The notes beneath the pieces are model-generated. The model was not told the DNA's origin and made no database searches. It was given only the letters and a program-made list of their open reading frames with translations. DNA of 63,619 bases, counting the filler, from Thraustochytrium aureum (Eukaryota): assembly GCA_012862495.1 (NCBI GenBank). It is 4 parts of 4 records of this genome, joined end to end, with 100 filler letters (N's around TTAATTAATTAA, not from the genome) between each part and the next. Parts side by side here need not be neighbours in the genome. Positions count along the whole stretch, not along the records: positions 31,906 to 52,770 come from BLSG01000410.1; positions 52,871 to 62,293 come from BLSG01000414.1; 2 more parts are not named here. One strand, written 5' to 3'. Below are positions 46,229-58,090 of this stretch, in pieces (position 1 is the stretch's first letter; each line of letters opens with the position of its first letter). A program made the translations under genes and the position numbers.

Positions 46229-47913
46229 CGCAAACCTGTGCCGCCGAGCACGACCACGCTCGAGATGGAGCGAATGGCTCGCGAGCGCGAGCGTATCCGG
46301 CGCGACAAAGAACGCCGCCGCGCCGCCTTTGCTCAGCAAAAGGACCGCCCGGCCTCAGCGCCCCGCGCTGGCCGAAGAAGCCCCTCACCAAGCCAGTGTC
46401 CCCCAAGTTCAACTCAGCCAAGGGCCCAGTGACGATGCTCTCCAACAAGGGCGGCGCGAGTGAGGCGGAGGCGGCCCCTGTTGCGCGGCCGTCCGCCGCT
46501 GGCAACCGCGCCGTCCGCATCACGCACCCCGAACCGTTCAAGCTGTCGACCTCGTCGCGGCTGGGCGAGCCAAAGGGCAAGGGCGAGGACGAGTTTGTCT
46601 CGATGGCCTCGCAGGTCGACCGCTTCCTTCACAAGACGCCCAAGAGGTTTCACACTGGCAAGGATGTCAAGGTGCCCACGCCGACCGAGCCCAAGCTGAC
46701 CGAGCCCGCGACGCCGCACTTTGCCACAGACATGCGGCACCGCCCCGTCGACGCGATCAGCAAGGAGCAGCAGGAGGAGAACATCATGCGCAAGGTCAAG
46801 CCCTTCAAGGCCCGCCCCCTCTCGCGCAAGATTCTGGAGAGCGCGGGCGACCTCGGGGTGCCCAAGGTGGAGAAAAAGGCGCCTTGCGTCGTGCGCCCTT
46901 TCAAGTCGCACACCGAAGACCGCGCCTCGTCCCGCCGCGCCCGCCCGAGCACACCCTCCAGTGCAGAGGCAGCCGGCGGGGCGGCCGCTGGTGGCAACCC
47001 GCGCAAGGCGGCGCCTGGCGCGGCGCGGCCGCGCTCGAATTCGAACGGAAGCCACTTGCGGCCCAAGCTCACCGAGGCCAAGCCCTTCTCGTTCGCGACG
47101 GACGCGCGCGCCTCGGCGCGGCCGGCAAGCCCCAAGCCGGCATCCGAGCCGGGCGATGCGGCAGGGCCAAAGCCGATCATGGCGCGGCCCATGCCCGATT
47201 TCAGCAAGCCGCCCAAGCTGCCGGAGGTGGAACGCAAGGCGCCGCTTGCGCCCGAGCCGTTCAAGCTCAAGAGCGAAGAGCGCCACGAGGAGGCGCGGCG
47301 CAAGCTGCAAGAGCAGCTCGAGGCCGAGCGGCTGCGCGAAGAGGAGGCGCGTAAGTTTAAGGCGCGCCCCATTTTCGTGCCAAAGCCGGCAGCCCCGGTG
47401 CAGGTCGTCGAGCGCCCTCTGACAGACCCAAAGACACCGGTGACGCTGCAGCGCTCGCTGGCGATGCAGGAGGCCTTTAAGGAGCGCTTGCGCAAACATC
47501 AGGAAGAGGACGCCGTGCGCGCTCAGTTTCACGCTCGGCCCCTGCCAAAGTCCACGGCCCAAAAGGACTTTAGCCCCGAACTCCCGCACCGCGTCATCGG
47601 CAGCGTCGACCCGTCCCTCAGTACCGAGCAGCGCGCTGCGCAGCGCGCCTCGTTCGACCTTCACATGCACGAAAAGATGCGCGCGCTCGAGGAGGAAAAG
47701 GCACGAGAGGAGCAGCGCAAGCGCGAGGAAGAGGAGGCCGCGGTGAAGGAGTTTCGCAAGTCGCTCGTGTACAAGGCGCGGCCCGTTCCGGACTACAACA
47801 GCATGAACAGGCATGTCGGGAACCCCATTTCGCCGCCGCGCCTGACGCAGCCCGAATCGCCGGTGTTTGCGACCTCCGCCCGCCTCGGCAAGCAGAACGC
47901 AGCGCCTCGGTAG
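46229..47913 (+). CDS. TPX2: Spindle assembly factor TPX2; 5' end in gap, apparent frameshift near 46362
   Basis: Repeated TPX2 motifs LTKPVSPKF, THPEPFKLST, FKARP/FHARP, TEAKPFSFATDARA, EFRKSLVYKARPVP and LTQPESPVFAT. Confidence 0.9.
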
Positions 47914-48405
47914 TGCGCTGTCGTCGGGTTTTTCTCTGCCTCCGCCCGGGCGCGTTGTGGCCGCGCGCCGCGGCGCCTCCCCAAGCCTTCAGCATGTACC
48001 TATCTTTTCTTTGATCAGGATCAAGAGGGGAGCGCAAGCTTGGGGCCTGCCTCCACGGCACCAAACAAGTCCGAACCAGCACCAAAGAATCTGCCATCGC
48101 CCTGCTCCTTTAAAAGCAAGCTGGTCTACTAGGAGGAGTACACCTGCCGACGTACCTGCTTGCCTCGGCTGCCGGCGCAGCCGTCAGCGAACAAGAGCAC
48201 AAACACCAACACAAACATTTCAGAACTCTCTAGCTTCTACTCCAGAGGAAAACATAGGTGCAGCGCAAGCCGCGCACATCGCTTGCTCGCAGAGGCTCGC
48301 CTCCAGGTCTCGGCAGGCTACATCTATATGCAGGTCCTCGAGCCCAGAGCTACGCCGCGCCACGCGCGCCCTCCCCGCAAGTCCCATGATCCTCCGCCCT
48401 CGGGT

Positions 48406-49821
48406 CTACGTCAACTCGAGGCTCTGGTATGCGCCGTCAGGCGCCGAGAGCGGCGCTGAGCCAGAAGACCCGAGGCGTAGCCTCCCGCCTGAAGCGCGCG
48501 TGCAATTGCCGTCTTCTGCTGCGCACAGCGGAACTGAGACCCCTGCCGCGGCCTCGGCCCCTATTGGCTCCCCTTTGGCTCGGCGAAGGTCAATCGGCTC
48601 GAGGCCGTCGCTGATCTCGTCGTGGCCGAACTCGTCAAACACAAAAAGGCCGTCGTTGTCTGCCCCCGCGTGGCGAATGTGGTTGCGCTTTGGCGCCTGC
48701 TTGATGTAGGTGTAGATGAACATGCCGACGAGCGTGATCACAAAGCCGATCACCTTGTAAAAGGTCAGCTTGTCGTGGAAAACGACGACGGAGAGCCCGA
48801 CCTGCAAAATCTGCTTGACGTAGCTGATCACCCCAAGCGACATGGACGAGGTGCGCCTCAGCAGCTCGAGCTCCACGAGGATCATCGCAAACGCAAACAG
48901 GCCCGACCCCAGCACGTTCAAGGTGCTGAGCATGAGCAGGTGCGGCGTCACGACAAACCTCGAGGTCAGGAACCGGTAGCCCTCCAGCCACACCGTCATG
49001 GGAACGAGGGTCAAGGCAGAGGCTGGTGAAATGAGGTAGATGGTCAGGATCGCGTCTAGGCTGCAGTTGATCTGCTTCATCAGCACCTGGGTCAGGGCCC
49101 ACCGAAACCCGCCGACGGCAGAAGCGCCCAGGATGAGGCCGAACCCGATCCAGCTCCATGGATCGGCATCCCCGTCCTCCTCGGTGTGCACCGACGAGAC
49201 GACCACGCCCAGCCCGATGATCGTCACGGCCAACGTGAGCGACACCGAGCAGGGCTGCAAGTTGTACAGCACCGAGAAGAAGAGCGTGAAGATCAGGCTC
49301 GAGCTCTTGACGATGGTGTAGAACGTCACCGAGATGTACAGGTAGGACGCGTTCGAGGCGGCCACGTCCAGCGCGGTCGTGATGCCGACGGGCACTGCGG
49401 ACAGCCACCACACGTGGCGCGGGATGTCCGGGACCTGGGAGCGCATTGAGGTGCAGCGCACCACAACCAGCGACAGCGCATACTTGAGGAACATGTGCAG
49501 CATGCTGATCGTCAGCGGAAAGTCGAACCCGCCCTCCCACCGGTACAGGAGCCACTTGTTGTACACCACCAAGCTGACGCTGAACGCAAACCAGAGGCAG
49601 GCCCACGTGGCGACCTCCAGCGCCTCGAGTACCAGAGCGCGCCGCTCCGGCCTGCTCGCGCACAGGCCGACCCTGCCGGACTCCAGGCAGCCTTTCCCCG
49701 CATGAAACAGCGCAGCGATCACAAACAGCAGCAGCCCATCCGCCACCATCAGCAAAAACTCCTTGCGCGCCTCGTCCGCCGCCGCGTCCTCGGCCGTCGC
49801 CCGGCCCGCATGGTCGCCCAT
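48406..49821 (-). CDS. Triose-phosphate/nucleotide-sugar transporter family, SLC35C2-like
   Basis: SLVVYNKWL, FDFPL, VPVGITTALDVAASNASYLYISVTFYTIVKSSSLIF, GFRWALTQVLM and RTSSMSLGV motifs; about 10 TM segments. Confidence 0.92.
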   Translation of the reverse strand: MGDHAGRATAEDAAADEARKEFLLMVADGLLLFVIAALFHAGKGCLESGRVGLCASRPERRALVLEALEVATWACLWFAFSVSLVVYNKWLLYRWEGGFDFPLTISMLHMFLKYALSLVVVRCTSMRSQVPDIPRHVWWLSAVPVGITTALDVAASNASYLYISVTFYTIVKSSSLIFTLFFSVLYNLQPCSVSLTLAVTIIGLGVVVSSVHTEEDGDADPWSWIGFGLILGASAVGGFRWALTQVLMKQINCSLDAILTIYLISPASALTLVPMTVWLEGYRFLTSRFVVTPHLLMLSTLNVLGSGLFAFAMILVELELLRRTSSMSLGVISYVKQILQVGLSVVVFHDKLTFYKVIGFVITLVGMFIYTYIKQAPKRNHIRHAGADNDGLFVFDEFGHDEISDGLEPIDLRRAKGEPIGAEAAAGVSVPLCAAEDGNCTRASGGRLRLGSSGSAPLSAPDGAYQSLELT

Positions 49822-50382
49822 CCCAATGCGCCCCAGCCCAGCGCGCCAGCCCCGCAGGCCTTCCTCCTGGCCGTGCGCCGCCCGCACGCGGCAAACCAAC
49901 GCGAGGCCAGGCCCCGGCTGTCGCGCCCCTGCTGCTGCTGCTGCTGCTGGTCCGCGCCCGCCGCAGCTGCACGCGTGTCTGCCTGCCCGTCCTGTTCTGC
50001 CTGCGCACGCCCTTCCAATAGTTCTTGTTTGTTCTATCGAATTCTTCGTCTTCGTTTTGTTCGCGCAAAGTGGGCTTGTTCGTTTTGTTCTCGTGGGAAG
50101 GTCTTCCTTTCTTTCAGAAATCAATCTCACGTTGTTGATTGGTTGACTCTTGANNNNNNNNNNNNNNNNNNNNNNNNNNNNNNNNNNNNNNNNNNNNNNN
50201 NNNNNNNNNNNNNNNNNNNNNNNNNNNNNNNNNNNNNNNNNNNNNNNNNNNNNNNNNNNNNNNNNNNNNNNNNNNNNNNNNNNNNNNNNNNNNNNNNNNN
50301 NNNNNNNNNNNNNNNNNNNNNNNNNNNNNNNNNNNNNNNNNNNNNNNNNNNNNNNNNNNNNNNNNNNNNNNNNNNNNNNNNN

Positions 50383-50655
50383 ATGATGTTGAGGATGGTG
50401 TTTTGGAGCTGGTCGTGGTGGGGCACTACTTGTGCTGCTGCAGCAGCTGCTGTTGCCGCTGCTGTCGTCGTCGTCGTCGTCGTCGTTGTTGTTGTTGATG
50501 GGGATGATGGTGTTCTGCTGGTCGTCCTCGTCGTCCTCGTCGTTGTTATTATGCTTGCTTTTATTGTTGTTGTTGCTGCTGCTATTTGCTGCAGTTGCTG
50601 GTGTCGCCTTGTTGCGCTGCTGGCGGCGCTGCGCTTGCTGTCGCTGCTTCTGCAG
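50383..50655. repeat. Patchwork of trinucleotide microsatellites (GTT/GTC/GCT)
   Basis: Direct observation; the minus strand could encode a low-complexity N/D/S-rich peptide. Confidence 0.6.
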
Positions 50656-50823
50656 TGTCCAGTCTAGCTCATGGCGATTGCCGGTTTTCCGCGGTTTAGT
50701 GGACGGGTAGCTTATGTTTCTTTCTTGAAATCGAGATCAATAGATTGGGAGTTGTAGGAACTGCGAACTCATGCAGCGCCTCGCGCTCGGCGACGCAGGG
50801 GCATTGTTGGCGGAATAGGTCTG

Positions 50824-52770
50824 TTACTTGGCTGGCGCCACGGGCGGGTCGGGGGCAGGCGGGGCGGCTGGGCAGCGGATGTCGACGTCCAGGACCGCAA
50901 AGCCGTTGGCGGCGCACGAAACGAGGAGCGCGTACTCCACGGTCTGGCCCATGCAGTCGGCGGGCGCGCGCTCAATGGGGAGCGCTCGCAAAGACGAGAT
51001 GATGCCGCCCAAGCGCGGATGGTCCAGCGGGCCGTACCGGTCGTGCGACTTGCCGAGCACAACGCCAGCACCGCCGGCGGCGTCTGGCGCCAAAAAGGTG
51101 ACCGACTTGTCCGGCTTGGTGGCGCATGCCAAAATGAGCTGGTCTTGGCTCGCCAAGACCGCCATGTCATTGATGCTGCGCCCGCCAACGTCCTCGTCGC
51201 CGCTGCAGGCGAAACTGTAGAAGGTGGAAGCCTCGGCCGTCAAACCAGCAACAGTGCCGTCCTCGGAAGCCACAAACACCCGGCGCCGCAACGCGTCCAC
51301 AAAAAACCTGTGATCGGCGCAGCCGCCCGGCCCACCACGAGCAATGCCTGACCCCAAACCAAGTCCCAGGTTCGCACTGTGCGGTCCGAGCTGTACGTGA
51401 CACAGCACTCCTTCCCGTCAGAGTTGGTCCCGAACAGCGCGACGCCGAGCACAGGACCCTCGTGGCCCGTCAGCGTGCGCACCTCCGAGCCGGTCTCCAT
51501 GTCCCAAACCCGCACCGTCTTGCGTTGGAGGCGCTGAGAACGAGTGACTCGAGGTTGAGGCTTTGGATGCGAGCTACCTCGCCGAAAGCGTTGATCTGCC
51601 CCTCGTGGCCGCGCATGGACCGGCAGCGGACCTTTTTGACCGTGTCCCAAACCATGAGCTTCTGGTCTTTCGAGCCCGAAATAAGCGTCGACCCATGCGA
51701 CATGAGAGCCGTGACGCCCGAGAGGTGGCCCTCCAACTGCGCTAGGCACTCGAGCGAGTCGCGGTTCCACAGTATCACGAGGTAGTCCTGCGACCCGCTT
51801 GCAAGGACCGTTTCGAGGCAGCACAGCGCCTCGACGGGGCCCGTGTGCCTTTGCGCTGTGGCCTCAAACATATCCTTCGCTACGTTGTAGAGCTTCACGG
51901 CGCCACTCGCGCAGCCGAGGAAGAGCTGGCTCCCCGCCACAGCGGTGCACGTCACGGTGATCGCCAGGTCGCCGTCGTCGCTCAGCGGGTTGGCCTCAGC
52001 GCTCTGCTCCGGCGCAGGGGCCGGCTCGTCCGCGTCGGATGCTGCAGTGCGAACGTCCCAGATCAAGACCGACTTGTCGTCGGAGGAGCTCGCAAGGACG
52101 ACGCTCTCGACCCCAAAGCTGCTCATCTCGTCCACTTCGTCCCCAACAGAGCCGACCTCCTCGGTAGCGCCCGCGTTCAGGATTGCAAGCGAGTTGACGG
52201 CGTCGGCGTGGCCCTTGAGCAGCTGAATCTGCTTTCCTGACGCCGCCTCCCAGACCCGCAGCGTGCAGTCGCTAGACCCTGAGACGATTATGTCGTGGTA
52301 CGCGACGATGGCGCGGATGTCGCCCTTGTGGCCCTCCAACGTGCGCAGGAGCGTGGGCGCTTTGCCAGGGCCCTGCAGCTCCCATTGGCAGACTGTCCGG
52401 TCGGCCGAGCCGCTCAAGAGCGACTCCGTCGTTGCCCCAAATACGACCGCGGTGACCTGGTTGGTGTGGTGCGACAGAACCACCGGCAGGTTCTGGTCGT
52501 GCCTCTTGCGGCCGTCCTCGTCCGGGTTGAGGTCGAGCTCGAGCCAGATGCAGATCGTGCAGTCGTCAGCGCAGCTCACAAGGTCGATCATGCCGGACAC
52601 GCGGTTCTGGCGTATGTCGACGCCCAAGCACCACCCTTTGTGCACGTTGTTGAACGCCAGCAGGGCCGACTCTGGCTGGCCGAGCCGCCACAGCAGCACA
52701 GTGCCGTCGTCCGAGCCGGAGGCGGCAACCTCGTCGTCGTCTCGCTCGACGAGGCTGACACACCGGACCG
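50824..52770 (-). CDS. WD40-repeat protein; 5' end in gap, apparent frameshifts near 51523 and at A6 51301-51306
   Basis: Many GH..SGSxDxTxxxW repeats (SGSADRTVCQW, SGSSDCTLRVW, SGSQDYLVILW, SGSKDQKLMVWD, KTVRVWD). Confidence 0.9.
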
Positions 52771-53063
52771 NNNNNNNNNNNNNNNNNNNNNNNNNNNNNN
52801 NNNNNNNNNNNNNNTTAATTAATTAANNNNNNNNNNNNNNNNNNNNNNNNNNNNNNNNNNNNNNNNNNNNGGATTCGTCGCGTGAGGCCAGCGGCGTGTC
52901 GAGATGGCCCCGTTGGCGCTGCCGAAGGCACGGCACATGATGTTGTACCTACGAGCATCAGCCTCCATCCAGATGGAATGGACCGCTGCCGTGCTGGTCC
53001 TCGGGCTGGTTTGCCATGGCCTGAATCGAAGCAGGTTGTCTACAGCCTCCTTGACATCGCGCT

Positions 53064-53165
53064 CTTCCGTCGCTGCGGACGATCGTCGCGCCCTTCCGTC
53101 GCTGCGGACGATCGTCGCGCCCTTCCGTCGCTGCGGACGATCGTCGCGCTCCTCCGTCGCTGCGG
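53064..53165. repeat. 29-bp tandem repeat x3.5
   Basis: cttccgtcgctgcggacgatcgtcgcgcc at 53064, 53093 and 53122, plus a partial copy. Confidence 0.92.
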
Positions 53166-53723
53166 CCTGGTCTGAGCAATCTGGACGGCAGCATGACACA
53201 TGAAGATGAGCGCACAAGCAAAGTGACAAGAACGCGGACCAGCTCTGGCCACGAGAGCCAGCCGCGGGTCGACCTGCTCAGAGTCTCCCAGTCCGAGTCG
53301 TCGCATCGTGCACGAGGAGAGGGCAGGAGAGAAGAAAGAGCCACAACGCACACCGTAAGGGCGGGCACCTCGCGACCGCGGGAATACATCAAGTGCACAC
53401 CACCCCTGTTTGAACCGCGCGCAGCCCGGGGTCGGTGAAACCGGGCGCGCAGGCTCTGACGATGAAGAGCCCAGAGTGGCCGGGCGGCCGCGATCGCGCG
53501 CGTGTTGGCGAGAGCGCGCTGCCAAGGTGGGCCTGGCTGGACCTGGCACACAAGCCAGCATACTCACGGCACGAGTACCCAATCCGCCTTCTGTCAGCGG
53601 GCGCGTTGACGCACTGCGCTCGCCGGTCGAAGCTGCTGGCTGGCTGGTTGGTCGTTGGTTGACGCAGTGTCCTTGCGGCGGCAGCAGCAGAAGGCGAAGC
53701 GCGGCGGGCGCTGTTGCGCAGAA

Positions 53724-54833
53724 ATGAAGGGGCAGGACGACGGCGTGGTGGCGGTGGCGGTGGCCGAGCCTGTGCAGGGCGCTAACAGCATGGGCATGAT
53801 GGGCTCGCCGTATCAGCAGCAGCCGATGGGCGGCGCGTATCAGCAGCAGCAAATGATGGGCTCGCCGTATCAGCAGCAGCAGCAAATGATGGGCGGCGGG
53901 TTTCCGCAGCAAATGATGGGCGGAGGGTATCCGCAGCAAATGATGGCGCCGTACCCGCAGCAGATGATGCCGATGGAGCCCGTGCCCATGCCCACGATGG
54001 GGCCGTACGAGAGCGTGGCGGGGTCGGCGGGTGTAATCATCAAGCAGCGACTCAACCTGGCCGAGATGGTGGCAGGGCAGCTTGGGTGCGGCTGCGCCGA
54101 GCAACGCAACATGTACGACGTCTACGACGCAAGCACCGGGACGCCCCTTCTGTTTGTGCAAGAGGAGAGCGACCTGCTTTGCCGCGTCTGCTGCAAGCCG
54201 AACCACGAGCTCAAGCTCTTCTTCATGGACTCGCGCCCCGGCGTGCCTCCCAACACGCTAGCTATGCGGGGCGAGAAGCCCTTCAAGCTCAACTGCTGCG
54301 CCTGCGCTGACATTTGCCAGCGCGAGATGACAGCCCACGTCGGCGACACAAACGAGCCCTTCACGACGAGCAAGATGCCGAGCATGGGAGGCGGCGGTTT
54401 CAGCCCCAAGGTCGCCGTGATGGACCGGTCCGGCAAGCCGTACGCGACCATGGAAGGGCCGAGCTGCGTTGTCGGCGGAATCGTCGAGCTCTGCTCTGAC
54501 ATTGAGTTCAAGTACATGGCAGGCGACGGCAAGTCCAAGCAGCAGATCGCGCGCATCATCAAGAAGAAGCCTTCTGACTTGGAGGGCGGCGTGCGGGAGC
54601 TCATGGGCGACAGCGACGTGTTCGTGCTCGAGTTCCCCGCGGACGCCTCCCCGGAGCAAAAGATGACGTTGGTGAACAACGCGCTGCTCCTGGACTACTT
54701 GTTCTTCGAGGGCGGCCCGCCCTTTGAGTACAACCCATTCGACAACTCGTGCACGTTCAACCTGGCACAGCTGTACTGCTTTGGCTGCTTGTGCCCCTGC
54801 CAGTGCAAACTGGGCGGGAACTCGAACAACTGA
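53724..54833 (+). CDS. Phospholipid scramblase family protein
   Basis: P/Q/M/G-rich N-terminus, IIKQRL..EQRNMYDV, EESDLLCRVCCKPNH, a Cys cluster, DSDVFVLEFP and LLLDYLFFE. Confidence 0.9.
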   Translation: MKGQDDGVVAVAVAEPVQGANSMGMMGSPYQQQPMGGAYQQQQMMGSPYQQQQQMMGGGFPQQMMGGGYPQQMMAPYPQQMMPMEPVPMPTMGPYESVAGSAGVIIKQRLNLAEMVAGQLGCGCAEQRNMYDVYDASTGTPLLFVQEESDLLCRVCCKPNHELKLFFMDSRPGVPPNTLAMRGEKPFKLNCCACADICQREMTAHVGDTNEPFTTSKMPSMGGGGFSPKVAVMDRSGKPYATMEGPSCVVGGIVELCSDIEFKYMAGDGKSKQQIARIIKKKPSDLEGGVRELMGDSDVFVLEFPADASPEQKMTLVNNALLLDYLFFEGGPPFEYNPFDNSCTFNLAQLYCFGCLCPCQCKLGGNSNN

Positions 54834-55074
54834 CAAGGCGTTGACCATTGATAAATCAGTTCTAAAGAGATTTGGGGTTTGATTTTGGTGGAGAGGCGGA
54901 GCTCGGACGACCGATCGATGCGTTCCGCAGAGACTTTGAGATGATGACGGTTCACAAAGGGGATGAGCATCAAGCCATTGGTAACAAGCAACTGTTTTGC
55001 TTCAGCCTGCCAACCGCGCGATCCCGCGCGACCTGGGCCATCGCTGGCCAGCGCGCGGCGGTCCTCGGAGCGCG

Positions 55075-55998
55075 TCACACGTAGCTTTTCTTCAGCTGCA
55101 CCAGGTCGCGAAGCTGGCCCTCTACAGAGAACCGCTTTGGGTCCCCGTGCACGAGAATGGGCGGCTCGGAGGGGATCGTCAGGAAGTCCACAGAAACAAA
55201 GTCAAAGTTCAGCCCTTGCCACGTGCGGACTGCCTCGGCGCACACCACAGCCTGGTGCGATTGCCCACCGTAAACCTGGAAGAGCATTTTGACTCGTGGC
55301 TGGCGCCACACGATCCGCCGCGTGGCCCTGTCGAGCTCGATCGCTCCGCCGTCCATTGAGTAGGCACGCATCACACCGGCCTTGAGCGGGTGCAGCATCG
55401 AGAGGCCCATGAGCGACTGCACCTGCGCACTCCCAGAAACGAGCTGGAACGCTTTGTTGCGCACGTTTTCAGGGCGGATGTAAAGCCCGCGAGTGACCGA
55501 GTAAAGGGCGGCAGTTGTGGCGATGCCGGCCCAATACCCCGTAACAAAGCCCCACCAGCCCACCGTCTTGAACGACAAGCCCATGAACGTTCCAGTGAGC
55601 CACATGCTCGACTTTGAAATGACGTACGCAAACGTCCCGCCGACCAACGTGTACATGCCGTACTTGCCGACCGCGTACTTGAGTCGCTCGCCCCGCGTCA
55701 TGTCGCTCCACTTTGCGTTTTCGTAGTCGGTCTTGTCATCGTCTACGATAGTCTCGGTCCGCGTCTTATTTCCGCTCTTGTGCCCGTCCTGGCTTCCTGC
55801 GCTGCTCATCCACCTTGCCCAGTTGTGTCGTGGCGAGTGTCCGAGTCCGGTCCCACCGGCACGGCCAGCGCCGCCTGGGCATCGTCGCAGCCCCCAGTTC
55901 GCTCCAGCGACTGCGGCCCTGCACCCGGCGTCCCTCTTGAACGCCTGAGCCAGCCCATTCAACGCCAGGCCGCGCGCTGTCTTGGCCGCCGTTGCCAT
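55075..55998 (-). CDS. Mitochondrial inner-membrane protein, Tim21/Coa1-like
   Basis: Transit-peptide-like N-terminus and TM segments, then PENVRNKAFQLV..VQSLMG..RAY..MLFQVYG..VCAEA..FDFVSVD, which resembles the Tim21 intermembrane-space domain. Confidence 0.6.
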   Translation of the reverse strand: MATAAKTARGLALNGLAQAFKRDAGCRAAVAGANWGLRRCPGGAGRAGGTGLGHSPRHNWARWMSSAGSQDGHKSGNKTRTETIVDDDKTDYENAKWSDMTRGERLKYAVGKYGMYTLVGGTFAYVISKSSMWLTGTFMGLSFKTVGWWGFVTGYWAGIATTAALYSVTRGLYIRPENVRNKAFQLVSGSAQVQSLMGLSMLHPLKAGVMRAYSMDGGAIELDRATRRIVWRQPRVKMLFQVYGGQSHQAVVCAEAVRTWQGLNFDFVSVDFLTIPSEPPILVHGDPKRFSVEGQLRDLVQLKKSYV

Positions 55999-56600
55999 AG
56001 TGTCTCGTAAACTTCAAGCAGGTCGTCCTCAAAACGCCCGGCAGAAAGCAGCACGAACGGCGCCGGAACGAGCGCCGACAGCAGCCCAAACAGGCCCAAA
56101 TCCGCGCCACGCGCAGTGCCCAAAGCGCCAGGTTTTGCCAGCACGAGCGACCCCTCGAGCTTGCGGACCTGGTCGCATCCGAGCCCACACCAAGCGGCGG
56201 CTGGCGGCCCACTGTCTTCGCGCCGCAGAGACACGTGACAGGTGTCCCCTCCGTCACGCACGCGCGCACGAATACCTGAACCTGTGCGTCACGTTGGTAA
56301 TCGTAGTTACGCGGTGTATTAATAGAGGGGTGGAAGGGGGAGTGGACTGTGGGGGTGTAATAGAGGGTTAGGGCGGGTTTTGGGTTAGGTTGAGAGCGAA
56401 GGGGAGCGAACGAACGCGGTCTGAGCAGGAGGCGGTTGAAGACAGAGCCGAATCAACAGTCTATCCACGAGGCAGGCAGGCAGGCAGGCAGGTGCTCTTG
56501 GCAGGCAGGCAGGCAGGGAGGCACGCAGGCTCGCAGGCCCGCAGGCAGGCAGGTACCTGGTTTGCTTGTCGGTGGTTTTTTAGGATCGCTGGTTGGGGCG

Positions 56601-57406
56601 ATGGCGGAGTACGAGCTGCGCGCGGACGCCGCGTTTCCGTTCGTGGATGGCGGGTTTCAGTTTGAGAATCATGCACGCAATAAGTTGCTGCTCGGGGCGG
56701 CGCAGGTGAACGGCAAGGTGCCGCGCGCGTACAAAACCGGGACTACGATCGTGGGGGTCGTGTTCAAGGGCGGCGTCGTGCTCGGCGCCGACACGCGCGC
56801 GACGAGCAACACCGTGGTCGACAAGAACTGCGAAAAGATCCACTACGTAAGTTTGCGCGTTGCGCGGCCCCCGCGACGCGGCCGGCCCGAGTTCCCGGGC
56901 CACAGCGCTCGGCCTCGCTTGCCCCGTTCGTCCGTTGCGCGTCTGGTTGGCTGACAGACTGACTTGGCCATCGTAGATCGCCCCCAACATCTATTGCTGC
57001 GGTGCAGGTACGGCTGCGGACACCGAAATGACGACCGGCCAAATCTCCTCGCAGCTCGAGCTCCTCCGCCTCAACACAGGCAAGGACTCGCGCGTCGTGA
57101 CGGCGATGACTCTCCTCAAGCGCCACCTCTTCAACTACCAGGGCCACGTCTCCGCCGCCCTTGTGCTCGGCGGCGTGGACGTCAACGGACCCCACCTTTA
57201 CACGGTGTACCCGCACGGGTCGACCGACAAGCTTCCGTTTGTTACGATGGGGTCTGGCTCGCTTGCCGCGATGAGCGTCTTCGAGACCCTCTACAAAGAC
57301 GACCTCACGGAGAAGGAGGCCATCGACCTCGTCGCAAAGGCTATCCTGGCGGGCGTGTACAATGATCTTGGCAGTGGAAGCAACGTGGACGTGTGCATCA
57401 TCAAGG
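56601..57406 (+). CDS. PSMB7: 20S proteasome subunit beta-2; exons 56601-56846 and 56977 to gap
   Basis: KTGTTIVG (catalytic Thr), [42 protein letters not shown] and [19 protein letters not shown] intron 56847-56976. Confidence 0.97.
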
Positions 57407-58090
57407 NNNNNNNNNNNNNNNNNNNNNNNNNNNNNNNNNNNNNNNNNNNNNNNNNNNNNNNNNNNNNNNNNNNNNNNNNNNNNNNNNNNNNNNNNNNNNN
57501 NNNNNNNNNNNNNNNNNNNNNNNNNNNNNNNNNNNNNNNNNNNNNNNNNNNNNNNNNNNNNNNNNNNNNNNNNNNNNNNNNNNNNNNNNNNNNNNNNNNN
57601 NNNNNNNNNNNNNNNNNNNNNNNNNNNNNNNNNNNNNNNNNNNNNNNNNNNNNNNNNNNNNNNNNNNNNNNNNNNNNNNNNNNNNNNNNNNNNNNNNNNN
57701 NNNNNNNNNNNNNNNNNNNNNNNNNNNNNNNNNNNNNNNNNNNNNNNNNNNNNNNNNNNNNNNNNNNNNNNNNNNNNNNNNNNNNNNNNNNNNNNNNNNN
57801 NNNNNNNNNNNNNNNNNNNNNNNNNNNNNNNNNNNNNNNNNNNNNNNNNNNNNNNNNNNNNNNNNNNNNNNNNNNNNNNNNNNNNNNNNNNNNNNNNNNN
57901 NNNNNNNNNNNNNNNNNNNNNNNNNNNNNNNNNNNNNNNNNNNNNNNNNNNNNNNNNNNNNNNNNNNNNNNNNNNNNNNNNNNNNNNNNNNNNNNNNNNN
58001 NNNNNNNNNNNNNNNNNNNNNNNNNNNNNNNNNNNNNNNNNNNNNNNNNNNNNNNNNNNNNNNNNNNAGTCTGTGGCGACCGACGCGACG

